Positions 1-13,651 of a stretch of 64,000 bases of DNA are shown one piece after another. Source of the DNA: Obrimoposthia wandeli (Eukaryota); assembly GCA_977020255.1 (NCBI GenBank), contig CDROCS010000207.1:186001-250000 (forward strand), given 5' to 3'. The notes below the pieces were generated by a model. That model had not been told where the DNA came from. It made no database searches and saw nothing but the letters and a program-made list of their open reading frames with translations. Positions within the stretch are counted from its first letter, which is position 1. Every line of letters begins with the position of its first letter. Made by a program: the position numbers and the translations under genes.

Positions 1-439
1 ATACAAGCTCAGAGTTGTTGCATAAATTTATTATGTCGGATTTAGAAACATAATGTTATTTTACACAAAATTATCGAAGAAATTGATGCACCCAGTGATA
101 TGTTAGAAGGTTAAAATTGCTATTCTCACAAATATTCAGAACAAAAGGGCAGGTTTTGAAGTTGATATTTATTGTTGGCAATATATCATTACATATACGA
201 AAATTTGGATAATAATTTAAAGAAACATGCAACACTTCATAAAATACATGAAAGAGAAAGACATTTAAAGCATAATGCCCAGCTTGCCAAATTATCGTTA
301 GACTTCGATATTAGAATTAGTAGTCAAAATATATTATTCAAAACAGCTAAGGATAGTAGAGAAACGTTAAAAAAATCTGTTTTGCCATTAAAGAAGAAAA
401 ATCAGTTTTATAGAGGTACTTTTTAATAAAACTTGCAGA

Positions 440-900
440 AGTAATTTTGATAGTAGACACAGCTATTTTTTAACATATATATATATGGTCCAAAGGTCAA
501 TTTATTGATGTAAAATCTTTTAGGCGAAGGAATCACAATTGCTATTTCCCAATAGAGAAATATCGGTTCAACCCCATGGTACTTGTGGTTTCTTTTCAGC
601 CTTAACCTGACACTACGTGATATAGCAATTTTTAAAGAGACTTGTGGAAAATCTGTACCTTTTATTAGAAAAGATGTTGATGAAGTTAACAGTTGAAATG
701 GTAATCATCTACAATGAAGTATCCTAGCTGATAAAGGTTATAAGGGTGCTGAAGTGTTTTGTAGAGCTTTAACACAATCAACTGCTGACAGCTATCAATT
801 TCATTTTCAGAAAGATCTGTTGTTGAACAATACTTTGGACGCCTGAAAATGTTGTTCTCTATTTTTATAAATACTTACAGAGGCTGTCACGATCATTTAT
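440..900 (+). mobile_element. Degenerate PIF/Harbinger (DDE_Tnp_4-like) transposase remnant
   Basis: Translated fragments IVDTAIF (~450), ILADKGYKGA (721-750) and RSVVEQYFGRLKMLF (813-857) match the LADKGY and R..VE..FGRLK..F motifs of Harbinger nucleases. Interrupted by stops and frameshifts. Confidence 0.7.
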
Positions 901-1768
901 TATATCTCGATTGCATTTGCAAATTTTCACTTCGTTATCATCCAATAGTGGTAAAAGAGTTAAAGTTCTTTAAACAGATCGGATCAGAAATCAAAATTAT
1001 ATTATTCGATTAGTTTTTAATATTTAAAAATACATTTGGTTTTTATTTATTTTAAATACTCTGATCCCATTTAATCATAATATTATATTTCTAATGTTTG
1101 TGCACCATGATTAAGAATTGAAGTAGTTATATAAATTGACACTAAATAAAGTAGTTATAAAATAGCTTTGCACATTAAAATTAGTAGGAGGCTGTGTATA
1201 AATTATGTAATACAATTTATTCATAAAGGATTAAAATGAATAAATTAATTATGTTTTCTATTCACGCTTCTTTGGCGTTTTGGCCTAAATTTTTAAATGT
1301 ACAGATACATTACGATCACTGTGTATTATTATATTGTATTAATAGAATTGACTGCTCTATACAATTATACTTTACTAAAAGGAAAAAAAATTACAGAAAA
1401 ATAATATTTTGATTATCAAATTATTTTTTTCAAAATAAAACAATTTTTCAGTATAAAAATAATGCATTTTCATATTTTTTTAAAACAACTTATGTTATTG
1501 TTTTAAAAAATCAGGTTTTATGCATATAATTAAGTTTTTGCACAATTTATCCTTTGTTGTACATGATTTGTTCTCCCGCCTTGGATCTGATGGATTTTTT
1601 TATGTAATTTTCTAAACACCACGGGAATTTGTTATATATCTTTACACTGTACTTTTCACTAATAATTATTTTGAGTTTTCCTCAATAAGAATATTATTAA
1701 AAACAGTTTACTATCACAAAAGAGTAGTATTTAACATCAGAAAATATTAATAAAAATAAACTACTACC

Positions 1769-2120
1769 ATGTTTATGATTGCTATTGTTACTTCTACGGT
1801 AGACTTCGACAATTCAATATTGTACATTTTTGTACAATTTTATTTAAACAAATTACAAGTAATTATGAACAAAGCAGTGATGATTATTTACCAATTATCT
1901 ATAAAAGAAAGATGGCTGAAGAAATATACATCTGAACTACATTGGCTGTCACATCCATATTTGTTTAAACTTCCAGAAATTGAAATTCCAAATCGAAGAC
2001 TGGCAATTCAAAGATTTTGGGGCACGTTTTCCAAGTGTATAAGAAAGTGTAATAATATTGGAGAATTCAGAAGACACATCAATACATTCCTGTTTAGAAA
2101 ATACACAGTTAACTGCTCAA
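1769..2120 (+). mobile_element. L2/CR1-clade LINE ORF2 C-terminal fragment
   Basis: ORF 1769..2371 reads IAIVTSTVDFDNSILY...LNKLQVIMNKAVMII...ELHWLS...CIRKCNNIGEFRRHINTFL, resembling the post-RT 'SRLDYCNS..LNKLQ..QN.AAR...LHWLP..FK..LKT.L' tail of L2 elements. Confidence 0.65.
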
Positions 2121-2389
2121 AGTCGCTGATTTGTAAATTGCCTTTTTGTGTTTTTAGAAAAACTTTAAGTGATAGTAAAGTAAAATTAAAGCTTGAATTT
2201 TGTTGTTCTTTTATAAGTCAAAAGTGTCAACAGTTTTGCTATATACTGTTTGACATAATTGAAATTAATTATCGAATAAAAATATATTTGTATCTGTTCT
2301 GTTTTATTATACAAACAAAATTGGAAAATTACTTCTTCATTCCCCATCCATTAGTGGAAATATACAATTAGTCATTCAAAATTATAATT

Positions 2390-3400
2390 AGGGATAATCA
2401 ATTTCTTTATAAGATAAAACGTTTAATTGATTATGCAAATTACGAACCGAGATGAGTAAATTGCCCTTAATTTGTCCACGAGACATGAGTGGGATTAGGA
2501 TTATATTATGGGAAATCATCTGAATTTCTGTAAGGTTAAAATTCATAATATCTGAAATGTATGGTTGAATCAGGGAATTGACGAAGATATTCACAAAAAA
2601 TCTAAACACGAGAATTTTTGTTTATTTTGCGTTTGAAGTGGCGAAAATTCCCTTTTATATTCACGATATTTACAATTTAATGCAATTTCCTATTACACAA
2701 GAGTCGGTTTAAGATGAATTTAAAATTTTCATTTACAGTCATGTTGAAAATAATTATTTTAAGAAAATGTTACGGTTGTGGTAAATTTACTAAAAACAGT
2801 AAACCTGATCAATATAAACATTTTCAATTGGCTCGGTTGTTTTTCTCCATGATAAACGTCAATAATTTTCCATTTCATTTTTTATCATTTTTTGTCTTGT
2901 GAAGATTAATTTAAAATATTTTTAAAGTTTTTTGTTGTTGCATATTAGTAAGCTTTGTAACCTGTAACGATTGGTTCTATTTTTGTATCCTATTCATCGT
3001 TTACTGTTTCTAATGTTTCGGAATCTTACTGATTATGCTTCTCTTCTATATCGAATAAAAGCTTTTCATCTATTCTGCGGTTAATATCAAAACATGAAAA
3101 GTCATCATATTCAAAGTCCAATTTTTCAATTTATGCATTTTTAAGAGATTTGGTAACACAATCAGAGATAGTCATGTCTACATATTCCTGCATCTATCTT
3201 TTCATCCACGAATCGTGATTCACTCTCGCATGATATGATATGTCTCGAAATAAATGAATTAAGCCAATCTTTCAATGCCTTAAAATCATAATTTTCAGAG
3301 TTTTTTCCCATTTTAGTGCCTGTAGTTTATCGTCACTGATACTTATATTTCTTGTTCTCTGAATCTGAAACCATTTAAGCAAACAGCATCAATTCTATAT
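2390..3400 (-). mobile_element. Degenerate pogo/Tigger (CENP-B HTH + DDE_1) transposase remnant
   Basis: Minus-strand fragments in the expected order: LLKWFQIQRTRNISIS and DFKALKDWLNSFISRH (~3370-3230, CENP-B HTH), LKPTLV/VIGN (~2710-2680), SLIQPYISDIMNF (~2575-2540, DDE_1 'SLIQP.D.GII' motif). Confidence 0.65.
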
Positions 3401-4405
3401 CTACTACACAAATATGATTTTCTTTTTTCTTTAATATTTAATTTGGAAATCAAAATGGAATCTCGGGATTTCAAAATATTATTTACGCAGTCAAATTAAA
3501 TTTGAAATCAGTGTAAAATGTAAGTTTTAATTGAATTAATTCCCCTCATCAAAACAAATTTAATCTAAATTTGTCGACATGAAGTGAAAAATGGATTTTG
3601 GTTAACATATATGAAATCAATGTACAACTTGCGTTAATTTAAATTTGAATTCTGCACAAAATTTGAATTCAGAAAGTTTTTGAAATCATTTCATAATTTT
3701 GACATATGATAAAAGTCCATAAATTGCAGGCACATTAGTCATATGACTTTTGTAGTTTCATATCATGATTATCTAAAATTAATATCTCAAAACTGTTGTT
3801 CTTAATTATTATAATCCCAGTATTCAAATTATGTTAATCGAAAATTGTTTCTTCAGTGTACCGTGAAAATATTGGTATTTGTAAAGTGTGCTGTGGTGTT
3901 AAAAGGTGAGCAGCACTGGCTTAAGCTATATTTTTATTCATATGATTTAATATCATACGTAGGTTTGCATCTATACACAGAAAAGCTAATTAGCTAAAAA
4001 CCATTCATGTTCACTGACAATGAGGAAGATTATTTAAGATGTGCAAATTTACGAATTAGCAAAATAATCACTGATTATTTCTCAGGAATATACGGGGGTG
4101 TTTTCAATTTGTTAGGCCGTGGTCGTGGTGTAGTTTTTCTTCTCGTGGTGCTGTCGAGATGCAAGTGGGCGCTTGGACGGTAATGATGAAAATAGACGGT
4201 ATATTTTGATATATACTATACATGAAGACCTTTAGAAATTTATTTGGAACTACATTTTCATGATTAACTTTTACACAATATAATTTTAATCTATGTATTT
4301 TATTTAGCTTTTCTATATATTTTTTGATTTTGAAATATTTCAATCATATTTAGAATTTGAAATACAATCCTGAAGTAGCGGTTGACTGCTCTTTTCCACT
4401 TGCAG

Positions 4406-4577
4406 CTTGCCTGGGAGTGATGTACCTGTACGGCTTGGGCGTCCGTGTGAACTGGGAAGCTGCTCTCGTCTGTCTCAGCAACGCCGCAGACCGGGGTAGC
4501 GTCTACGCACAGGGAAATCTCTGCTACTACTTCTACAAGCGCAAGCTGTTCACCAAGGCAGCCGACCTCTCTGCCAA
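4406..4577 (+). CDS. LRP2BP: LRP2-binding protein-like (SEL1 repeats), internal exon
   Basis: CLGVMYLYGLGVRVNWEAALVCLSNAADRGSVYAQGNLCYYFYKRKLFTKAADLSAK matches LRP2BP as recalled (LGLMYLYGQG..DTEAAL.CL..AAERG.VYAQGNL.EYYYK.K.FTK). Acceptor ctcttttccacttgcag ends at 4405; an alternative in-frame acceptor ends at 4353. Donor gcaagt at 4578. Confidence 0.85.
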
Positions 4578-6779
4578 GCAAGTCTCGCGTTTGCTAGAGC
4601 ACAAGTGTATCTCTACTTGGAATCAATAATTAATTAATTTGTTATGCTTGATTTTATGATAATACTGTAAAATGCGGATGCCTATGCATTTAAGTAGTAA
4701 AACAAGGTTATTATTTTAACACATTATAGGTTCGTTATTAAACTCTCGCGGACAAGTTGGCAATTTTAAAGTTTAATTTAAATTATTGATATTTAAAAAT
4801 ATCTTCTTCAACTACATATTTCCATTCCCGTCGGTTTTTTGACTAACAAGAGAATATTATAATTCAAATAATGAATATATTTCAATTTTATGTGGTACAT
4901 TTGTTTACTTTTTATAACACTTTTCTTATAATTTTTATAGGCTCTCCTTAATAATGTTAGAAATAAGAAAGAGTAAAACAAAAAGAAATTAAAGATAAGA
5001 AAACATATTAATAAGTTTATTGAACCAAAGGTTGAAGATGAAGATAACGATGCTGTTACGAAGATTTAAAATCATTTCAAATCTATTAAAAATCACCCAG
5101 GAGCCAATACGGAAGTGATATGTTAATGATATTTTAAGAAAGGACTAGGAGCTTATATAATGAGGTCAAATCGCAATGACAAGATGTCTTGGAGCACGAT
5201 ATATTTTGAATTCTGCCGTTTTACCGATTAGAGAATATTCAAAGAAAACCTCAAACCAACATATAAATTGAAGATGTTGGGTAGAGATGACCCATACTAC
5301 TTTCTAAAGATGAAGATAGATATCGCGATCCTTTTACTGATGTTGATATAGCTTGTGGTAACAAATTGGCAAACAACTCAAATTCCAGAAAGATGTTTTC
5401 TTACACGTCATAATCTTTAAAGGTAACATGTGTCTTTACTGTTGAAGTTGTCTGAGTGGCTTTGAAAGAGAAGAAATGTATTTGAACAAATGCCTCACAT
5501 CATCATTGAAACGGGTTTTACTGCCCATAGTTATTAAAGCAAGCGTTTCAACTGAACTGCACCTCATGTATTCCTGAATCAATTAGACGGCTTATTCTAT
5601 TTTCATTTCTATCCTAATACAAATCCTGTACGAAGCTTGTCAATATTTTTCCACCTCTCCATCTGTGCCTCGAAGTTGTTTTTATTTTTAAGCAATATTC
5701 CCAGTTGAATATCTGCACCAACAATGTCAGTAGTCCAAGATTGTAGATTAACAAAGCATATATTTATAAAATCAAAAAAAAATCAAATATTTTATTAAGT
5801 TAATTGGGTTGTAAATTTGTTTTAGATTAAATTTATATATTTTTAACTCCTAAATTATCATTTTAATGTCAATTTAATCAACGAGATTACTAAAAAACAC
5901 TTTAATAAATTAATCCTTATTTTATTTAGATAAAAAATGCTTGTGGAAAAGATTATGTAAATAAAATAGATAGACTGGAAATTACGTTTAAAATAGCCGA
6001 AAAACAATGATTAATATAGGTCAACAATGAATAAATTTTGTAAACAGTAAAAAACACAAACAATTATCTACATGGTACATCATTCTTTCGTTATATGTAT
6101 ATTATGTATGTGTGTTTTTATATGCAAGGCAACAACATAGAAAATGATTTAAACAAATAAATAATATTGTCAATATGGTAGTTTTTATTAATAAAAAAAG
6201 CCTTAGTGCAATGCATATGATGTTAATTAAACAGATTTATATTCATATGACTACTTATATTTAATTATTTTGACCTTTGCAAAGTACAAGCACTTTTGAC
6301 TGATTATTTCTTTTGTTTGTTTTAAAATTTCTTGGTGAGTGCACGGCTGGCTAATTGTTCTTTTGCCCAATTCTAATTGTCTAAACTAAATTGGTACAAG
6401 AAATCGAATGAATATGGACGCGCTGAGAAAACTATAACTGCGGTTATAAGGCACAATAAGGGGAAAATGATGCTGAAGTATGTTCACTTGTGAGTTATAT
6501 AAAATAATTAAACAATTATATTTAACTAGTTGTGCTACAGTTATATATTACATTTTTATTAAATAATTTTAAATTTTGCTTTTAGATTATAAAATTTTGT
6601 ATTCTAAAGAAAAAGGAAATACAAGTGAATTGTTGAAAACTTTCAAAAATATTAACAATAGAGTTATTTTCAATTAAAAGCAACTAAACATATGCGTCAT
6701 ATATTCATATATACGAGTTACAACAAATGGATTAAATGGTATGTTGGCTTGTGTAAGTTCATATCACCGCTCTTTGGGT

Positions 6780-7310
6780 TCTCAGTATCCATTTTGTTTT
6801 GAACTCTTTGTCTCAATATCCATAAAGGACAACCCATGGGATAGGTTATTCCTAGAATTATTTTGTGCTTCTGAACTTTGAGCACCAGTCTCAGTCTTTG
6901 CGTCTTTACTGTTCATAAATAATACACTCAACATCACTAACGACTTCTGGTGTCCTTGTGGTCTCATCCACTTATGCTTTGTCTCCGCACTACTAGGTCA
7001 TCATACTGTCATCTACCTCCGTAGACCAATCATTCAATACCAGAAGAGGGACACTCCTGTATTAACTGATATCTACGATTTCCTATTTGCCAACCATCCA
7101 TTCACACTGGTTTGATGATTAGTCCTTCTTCCGGACATGGAAGCCATCACATACATCCTGCGAGGGTCTCAATAACATCCTTGATCTGATGACGGCATAG
7201 AAGTTCACCACTCTAAAACGTACACAGATTCGAAATACCCTCTTATTAGCCTTCTTTCTGATGAATGCACTTTTGATAATCATGTTTTATTTTCATGAGT
7301 CAACAGTAGG
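6780..7310 (-). mobile_element. Degenerate Ty3/Gypsy reverse transcriptase remnant (in LRP2BP intron)
   Basis: Minus-strand fragments KKANKRVFRICVRFRVVN and IKDVIETLAG resemble the 'KK.DG..R.CVD.R.LN' and 'I.D.L..LAG' RT motifs. Many stops. Confidence 0.5.
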
Positions 7311-7402
7311 TGCTATTTCATGATAATTAATTATCTATCTCAAATAATGCCATCGGAAGCTCGGTCTTGGTCTCGGGCACTGATAAACCACTTTGCTTAC
7401 AG

Positions 7403-7577
7403 AGTGTCGCAGCTGGAGCTGGATGAGTTGGAAACGATGTCACATCAGTCCGCTACCGTTATTCTCGAATACCTGCGCAAGGGGGTCGCTATAGCATGTT
7501 TCATATTCGCGCGCTGTCTCCATTTCGGCAGCGGAGTTCGCAAAGACTGTGACCAGGCACAAAACTACTACTCCAAG
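7403..7577 (+). CDS. LRP2BP: LRP2-binding protein-like, penultimate coding exon
   Basis: Acceptor ttacag (7397-7402) and donor gtaata (7578). Encodes VSQLELDELETM...KGVAIACFIFARCLHFGSGVRKDCDQAQNYYSK, matching LRP2BP [20 protein letters not shown].RD...AK.YYSK. Phase 2 matches the upstream GC donor. Confidence 0.88.
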
Positions 7578-8289
7578 GTAATATTTTGTTTGGTCTTTCT
7601 TCAATTGTCCCTACTTGTAACGCCTAACCAAAATTATTAGTCGTTTTGACGAAGTGGAACACTGAAATTATGGATATAGTAACTAAATCAGACCTATGAA
7701 TACAATTTAAACTTTCACTTCAATAAAAATTAAATATTCAATGGCAAATGCATGTATGAAGACACACTCAGGACTAGAAGATGTTTGGATCGGCTTTTTA
7801 ACTTTATGAAACAAACAAGTTATGTAAGTTTACCCCGCAGCCATGTGAAAGATTGTATTTTGTCATTTTATGTATTTTCGGAGTCGGAAAGATATTTTGG
7901 AGGACATTTAACTTATAAAGACGGCCTTTCCAAGAATGTATTACAAAACCGAATGCACAATTGGATATAGAAGAAATAATATCTTTATTTCACGATAAAA
8001 CCTCCATTTAGAATGGTGCTGTCGGTATGAATTTTCAGCACAAAACAGAGCATCTTCTGTCATATAACCCGTTTTTGAATCCGACTGCATTGGTCTTATT
8101 TCAGTTTCGAAAGTTTGGAAAATTAAAGCGGTGTTCTAATAAATTAAACGATTGAAAAATGAAGCAATTAACTGCTGAAGAACCCAAGAAAGGCAGAAGT
8201 AAGAAATTGTAGGACCTACTACCAGATTATCAATGTAAAAAATCCTTCATATTCTCTATTTGATAAATTTGGTTTCCTGGATGCCAGCG

Positions 8290-8620
8290 TCTGGAAACCA
8301 ATAATACATGACTATGGGTATGAGCTGCTGTGTTGTTGTTCCACCTTCCAAAGATTTTCAAGATAGTTTAGATCTGGTTATTCCTGAGTCAGTCAAGCAC
8401 CCTTGCACCTTTGTCTTCCATATAGTTAGATATCATATGGGCTGTAAGGCAGAGAAATCGACCATGCTTAAATATGCCATTTCCGTCAAGATGCTGCTCT
8501 TCCAGCTGTCTTTTCATACGAATCTTCAAAACTGTCAAGTACTGCTTTTTCTCATGCTATCCCCTAGGGAAGTGTACTCAGAAGTGCTCTTTGTTTCTTA
8601 GTTAATGAATGAAATATTTT
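8290..8620 (-). mobile_element. Degenerate Tc1-like transposase (DDE_3 region)
   Basis: Minus strand GIFKHGRFLCLTAHMISNYMEDKGARVLD* followed by PDLNYLENLW, matching Tc1 'FQQD....HTA...VLDWP..SPDLNPIENLW'. Confidence 0.65.
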
Positions 8621-11268
8621 ACATTTCATGCTTTGACAAAGAATAAACAGCATTTGCATGCACTTCTACTAATTTAGTAAAAATACCCACCATCAGTGTT
8701 GTAAGGAAGATCAGCTTCGGCTTCATTTGCAAGTACACACCAATCAAGTTGAAAATATTAAAATTTTAAATGAATAATGAAACACAAATTTTTATGACGT
8801 TAATATGAAAATTTTAAAATTTTGAAAAAATCCTACAAAAGTTTGGTAGTTCAGTGTTTCAGATACAAGACAGACCGTTATAAAAATAATAAGTCGAATT
8901 AGATTGTTAGATTACCGGCCTTCTATCATAATCATTTCTTTCAAATCAATTGAACTTTGAATTTAATTTTCTAGAAATGTATACAAATGTGAAGGTAACT
9001 TAAGAAAATCGTCTTAAAAACAATTCCGATTGTAATGTTGGAGGGGATATGTCTGTGCCATGAATGGGAATCAGCGATTTCGCGGGATCTGTTTGGATAC
9101 ACCGATGGGCGTGAGAGGGAGTGGCCTAATCCGTGATGGTGCTGTCAGGATTCCTCTGAGTTGTCTGTCAATGGTGTCAAGGGACTCAGGCTCTCTCATT
9201 ATCGTCACATCAGAGTGGATAATACTCTCAGTAATCTGCCACTAGACTGTTGCTGTTCACCCCATAGACCCGTCCTCGTTATTGCATCAGCCCTCGAGTT
9301 GTATTCTTCGTTTAAGGCTGCCTTTCTCTTTCTCAATTACAACCATATTCAGTAGGCATTTGGTTTAGAACACATACTTTTTTATTATATCTTCTTGCTC
9401 CTAATCTTAAGTAACTTTATCATTTACCAATGTAGTATATTAGTTGAGACCAGACCTTGATAACCCGAAACTAGAAATGAGTCACAAATAGGATTTGAAA
9501 AGATTTCTTAATGAGTCACTAAAAATTTATTTAAATAAGCATTTTTAACACTCATTATTTAAAAAGTACCAAGAACACATAAAAATATAAAATTATAAAA
9601 AAATTTAAAAAATGTTATCGGTATAATTCAGTACGGCAATTCCGTTATTTTAATAAGCTAGAACTGTAGATTTAGCAAACCTTCGTTTCATCGTTTCTGC
9701 CTAGTTTCTTCAGCTTACATACAATTTATTACAAATCAATAAAGAAATAAGAGCACGCAACAGTCATATCAAAAATATTTATCTAATAATAAAGTACTTT
9801 ACTACTGAGATAACTACAATGTTAACGAATTCGATTATTATCTCAAAACTTGATTTTAAAAATTCTTTACAATTTAATATTCCAGCGTATTAATTAGATC
9901 GCTTGCAAAAATTTTAAACAAAACTGTTAGAATTATAGTGAAATTAAAGAGACATGATCAAAAAAATTGAATTTTTAATGAAGCTTCATTGGCTACCGAT
10001 CTATACCAAAATGTAATTCAAGATCCTACATATTATCAAAAAATGTATTTTCTTACAAAAGCCCAAATATTTTTATTATCTTAGAGCCCAGTGCAGTGAA
10101 CACGTACATGCATCTTAGGAGCAACAATGTGAACTGCATTAATTCTCAAATAACAAACAGAGTGATGGAAAATAGGAACATTATGATCCGATTCTGTACA
10201 AAGATTTATCCAAATTGAAGACTATTATTCAGAAAATATTACGAAGAATAAAATCTATCTTGAAAAATGGCCAAATCGTCAAAGTTTCATGTATCATAAC
10301 ATAAAATTAGGCGAAACTGAAAACAAGTGTCATAATCTATTGTGTGAAATCTAACTGCATGTGTGAACGAAATGAAAATTGGCTATCGTTTTAAACAGTA
10401 CAATTGTTCCAAGTCTTTGGAAAACATCAATGGTCATTTGTCGGAGTGCTCATATTAGAGAGATGGCCAATGTATCAGGTCACAGTGTTAAATGACCCTC
10501 AGATTGAAAAGTATTTGGAGCCTCTTTTTCAAACGATTAAAATGAACATACTCGATTTAGCACTGACACATTTTCAGAGATAATATGTTCTGGTCATCAT
10601 TATCAGCATACAATCAGTCTACTTATATTGAAGTCGAATTAATTTATAGACGGCAAAGAAGAGTAATAAAATGATTTTTTGAAAAATTGTCCATATGTTA
10701 TAATTTGATTCTGTGTACGACATTTTCTCGTCTATGTAAAGGTGTAATTGACTTCGTAATCATTTCGCCGAAGAGCGTCAATTTGAAACACAGAAAATCC
10801 AAATTTAAATAAAGTTTCTATATTTCTTCAATATGTCAGTTTTTGTGCACCTATTCGTTACGAATATTTCCCGCAGTCATAAAATACGTTTTTTATTGAT
10901 CTGTGTATGTAAAATTACAGTACGAAGATAGTTATGATTTACATCATTCAATTATCGTGAGCGCTGTCTAATAAATCACTGCATGCCTCCCTTTTCAATA
11001 ATTTCAGGATTTTCCGTAATGCAATCTCTGATCATCAGATATTTTTTCTACTCATGTTCTACACAACAAAATTATCGACTAAATAGTGATGGAAACATAA
11101 TAATGTCCGAAATGTATACATTAATTTAGGTATAATCAATTTTAGTGTGTTATTTAACTTGTCAAGAGCAAATTATTTAAAATTCCCTAAACATTAAGTC
11201 ATTTTAAAGTTTGTTTCAATATTGGTAGAATTTCTACTTAAACTGGGTTTAACTGTATTTTTTTTCAG

Positions 11269-11334
11269 AGTTTTTTCTGGGATGCGGACCTGTGTTCTGA
11301 CTTCCAGAAACTGGTCACTCTTGAACAACTGTGA
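11269..11334 (+). CDS. LRP2BP: LRP2-binding protein-like, probable terminal coding exon
   Basis: Strong acceptor tttttttttcag ending at 11268. Phase 0 fits the donor at 7578. Encodes SFFWDADLCSDFQKLVTLEQL-stop (21 aa), the same length as the tail that follows YYSK in human LRP2BP as recalled. Confidence 0.65.
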   Translation, partial: SFFWDADLCSDFQKLVTLEQL

Positions 11335-12211
11335 TCAACTGGCAATCTTCTCTTATGTACCTTATTTCATTTATGCCCGTACTCTTGTATTTAAAAATAT
11401 ATACAACATTGAGAGTATTTTCTCGGAAATTTCGGTTGTGACAACTGAAATACTTCTCCAATTAGAAATGATAAAATACATCTACTACTCACTGTATTTA
11501 ATTAATATTTTTGTCGTGGAGCTCTAATTAGATATGTCGAATATTTAAAATAAATATTTATTACTGTCAAATCTGAACAAAAATACAAGATCAAACGAAC
11601 AAAATCGGTTTAAATGGAAATGGAACTTTTGTACACTAAGATAATTTTAATTACAGAATTAGTACTGTATTACGTATATGTCAGAAATCCAATCTTAAAT
11701 GATCAGGCTAACTCTAAAAAAGCTGTTAAAATATTTCTGTATAATTTTGATAATAAACAATGGAGAATATCGAATCTAAACAAATATAGAAAAACAGTAG
11801 AAAGCAACACAAACATGTAAACACGACGATCAGTTTCTCTTTTTGAGACAGTTTAATACGACTCCATTTTTAATGTTACCAAACTTTAACACTTTGCTTT
11901 ATTGTAGTAATTTCTGAACGGTATTCAATTAATTGAAAGTTCATCAATATTGACATACATTTGCATACATATACTGCACAAATTATACTTTAGAAAGTTA
12001 AAATGAGACATTGACTAAATTAACGTCTGTATTTGATTAGGTGAATGTATCTAGGTTATTATATATCATGTGTATTTTATTTAATTCGAAATATTATTAT
12101 ATTATCCATTGTTAATTAAAAGAGAAATTGTTTTACTGCATCAATAAAATTAATTAATCTGGGAAGAGTATATAAGAGAAATATTTTAGTTTCAATTCAT
12201 TGTTTTGAAAA

Positions 12212-12397
12212 ATGGAAGATACTCGTCAAAAATTATTCAACGTATTGATGGAGAGCGAGTGCATACTAGCTGAAAAGTGCTATCTCGCTGAGGGCTTGAT
12301 GCTCTGGGAGGCTCTCGAAGTAGAAGAGATACCAGACTTCATTGGCTGGTCATCAAATGGCCAGCCACTCATCATGCCAAATGACAACTGGCGATAA
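12212..12397 (+). CDS. Orphan 61-aa acidic ORF (possible viral/TE accessory gene or exon)
   Basis: aaaATGG start context, GC-richer than its flanks, protein-like composition (MEDTRQKLFNVLMESE...PDFIGWSSNGQPLIMPNDNWR). No family recognised. Confidence 0.3.
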   Translation: MEDTRQKLFNVLMESECILAEKCYLAEGLMLWEALEVEEIPDFIGWSSNGQPLIMPNDNWR

Positions 12398-12616
12398 GGT
12401 CCTCAAACACACGCACACATAAATGAGAACAAACCCATCGTCCTCATTAGGGCTACATAAAACAAGGATGGAAGGGGAAGTGTAAAAATCTTTAGTTAGA
12501 GTTTTTCAAAAAATATATGTTTTTAAACGTCATATAGAAAATTTAATTTTAAAACTTTAGCTACATACTATTAAAAGTAGCTGGTTATAAAAATTTAACA
12601 AAACTAAATTTAATCA

Positions 12617-12760
12617 AACTATCTACTAATAAAAATAAGCATTATAAAATTTCCTAATTTTAATTAAACTATCTACTCATAAAAAAGGTATTATACAATT
12701 TAATAAATTTAAATAAACTACCTACTCATAAAAATAAGTATTATATAATTTGCTAAATAT
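12617..12760. repeat. AT-rich ~49-bp tandem repeat, 3 diverged copies
   Basis: aaacta(t/c)ctact(a/c)ataaaaa..a.g.attata unit at ~12617, ~12666 and ~12715. Confidence 0.75.
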
Positions 12761-12926
12761 ATTTAAACGTTCTTATACGTGTGTGTATAACAAAGACGGT
12801 CACGCACTGCATCTATATTGCAAAAACTGGCAAACTTTATGTAATTACTAATGAAGTATTATATAATTTCTAAATAATGATTTTTAACTACTTATAAGTT
12901 AAAATAATTTTTTAAGATCAATGTAA

Positions 12927-13136
12927 CTAAGTAACAAAGATGATTACGTAATACATATTTGATATTAGTCTTTTTAGTGAAAATTTTGTATCAAGATATG
13001 CATTAGGATTCTTTTTAATTGCACTGAATGCTTTATGTAATCCTACAAAAATATCAAGTTTACCATTCCCTTTTTGTATACCTGTAAAATAATCCATATT
13101 CTTTTTCAATTTTAGAACATTCAAATTAACTCCACC
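12927..13136 (-). CDS. Conserved orphan ORF, copy A
   Basis: GGVNLNVLKLKKNMDYFTGIQKGNGKLDIFVGLHKAFSAIKKNPNAY; homologous to the ORF at 27949-28146. Confidence 0.5.
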   Translation of the reverse strand, partial: GGVNLNVLKLKKNMDYFTGIQKGNGKLDIFVGLHKAFSAIKKNPNAYLDTKFSLKRLISNMYYVIIFVT

Positions 13137-13454
13137 AAATCATCTACTTAAAAGATTTCCTACTATAAAAAAAACCCACCTTCATCATTTTCTTTTTAGT
13201 CTTTTTAGACTTTAATGATTTAATAGCTTTTTTACTCATTTTCATATTAAATATTATTAAATTAATAAAAGTAATACAAATAAAGATACAATTGATTTTC
13301 TGTTTATCCACTGAAGTCAAATTTGATACTTCAAAATCAAATTTAAGCGGTTTGTTGTAGTTGTCCATAGATGAAAGGGTCAGACTCAGTTTTGATTTGT
13401 CTCACCATAAGGGGGGAGGGGTCAAGTGATATAGACTCCATCCTTCTAATGGTT

Positions 13455-13651
13455 GACCAACATACCCAAGGGTTGTGGTCGTCCATAGATTAAAGGGTTG
13501 GACTCAGTTTTGACTTGAAGGTTTGAAGGTATGACCATGACCGTCTATAGTCGACCAACATACCCAAGGGGTTGTGGTCGTCCATAGATGAAAGGGTTGT
13601 GCTCAGTTTTGAATTGAAGGTTTGAAGGTATAGTCATGACCATCTATGACC
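13455..13651. repeat. 98-bp tandem duplication plus a partial third copy at ~13363-13398
   Basis: gaccaacatacccaagg...gtccatagat(g/t)aaagggtt...ctcagttttga.ttgaaggtttgaaggta starts at 13455 and at 13553. Confidence 0.85.

Noticed and set aside
4116-4179. GC-rich patch (RGAVEMQ) as the preceding LRP2BP exon; also 3857-3905
   Set aside because: Weak resemblance to GNLESQ only, and no donor gives both that frame and the phase-1 join needed at 4406.
4300-4581. 93-aa minus-strand ORF
   Set aside because: Antisense shadow of the LRP2BP exon.
5030-5750. Transposase-like decayed frames (also 7750-7970, 10050-10700, 26598-26831, 40353-40652)
   Set aside because: They look like coding debris, possibly hAT, but no diagnostic motif was clear enough to assign a family.
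13363-13651. CRISPR-like array
   Set aside because: Whole 98-bp units are duplicated with no unique spacers, no cas genes are present, and the context is eukaryotic. The same applies to the 54-bp and 49-bp arrays.
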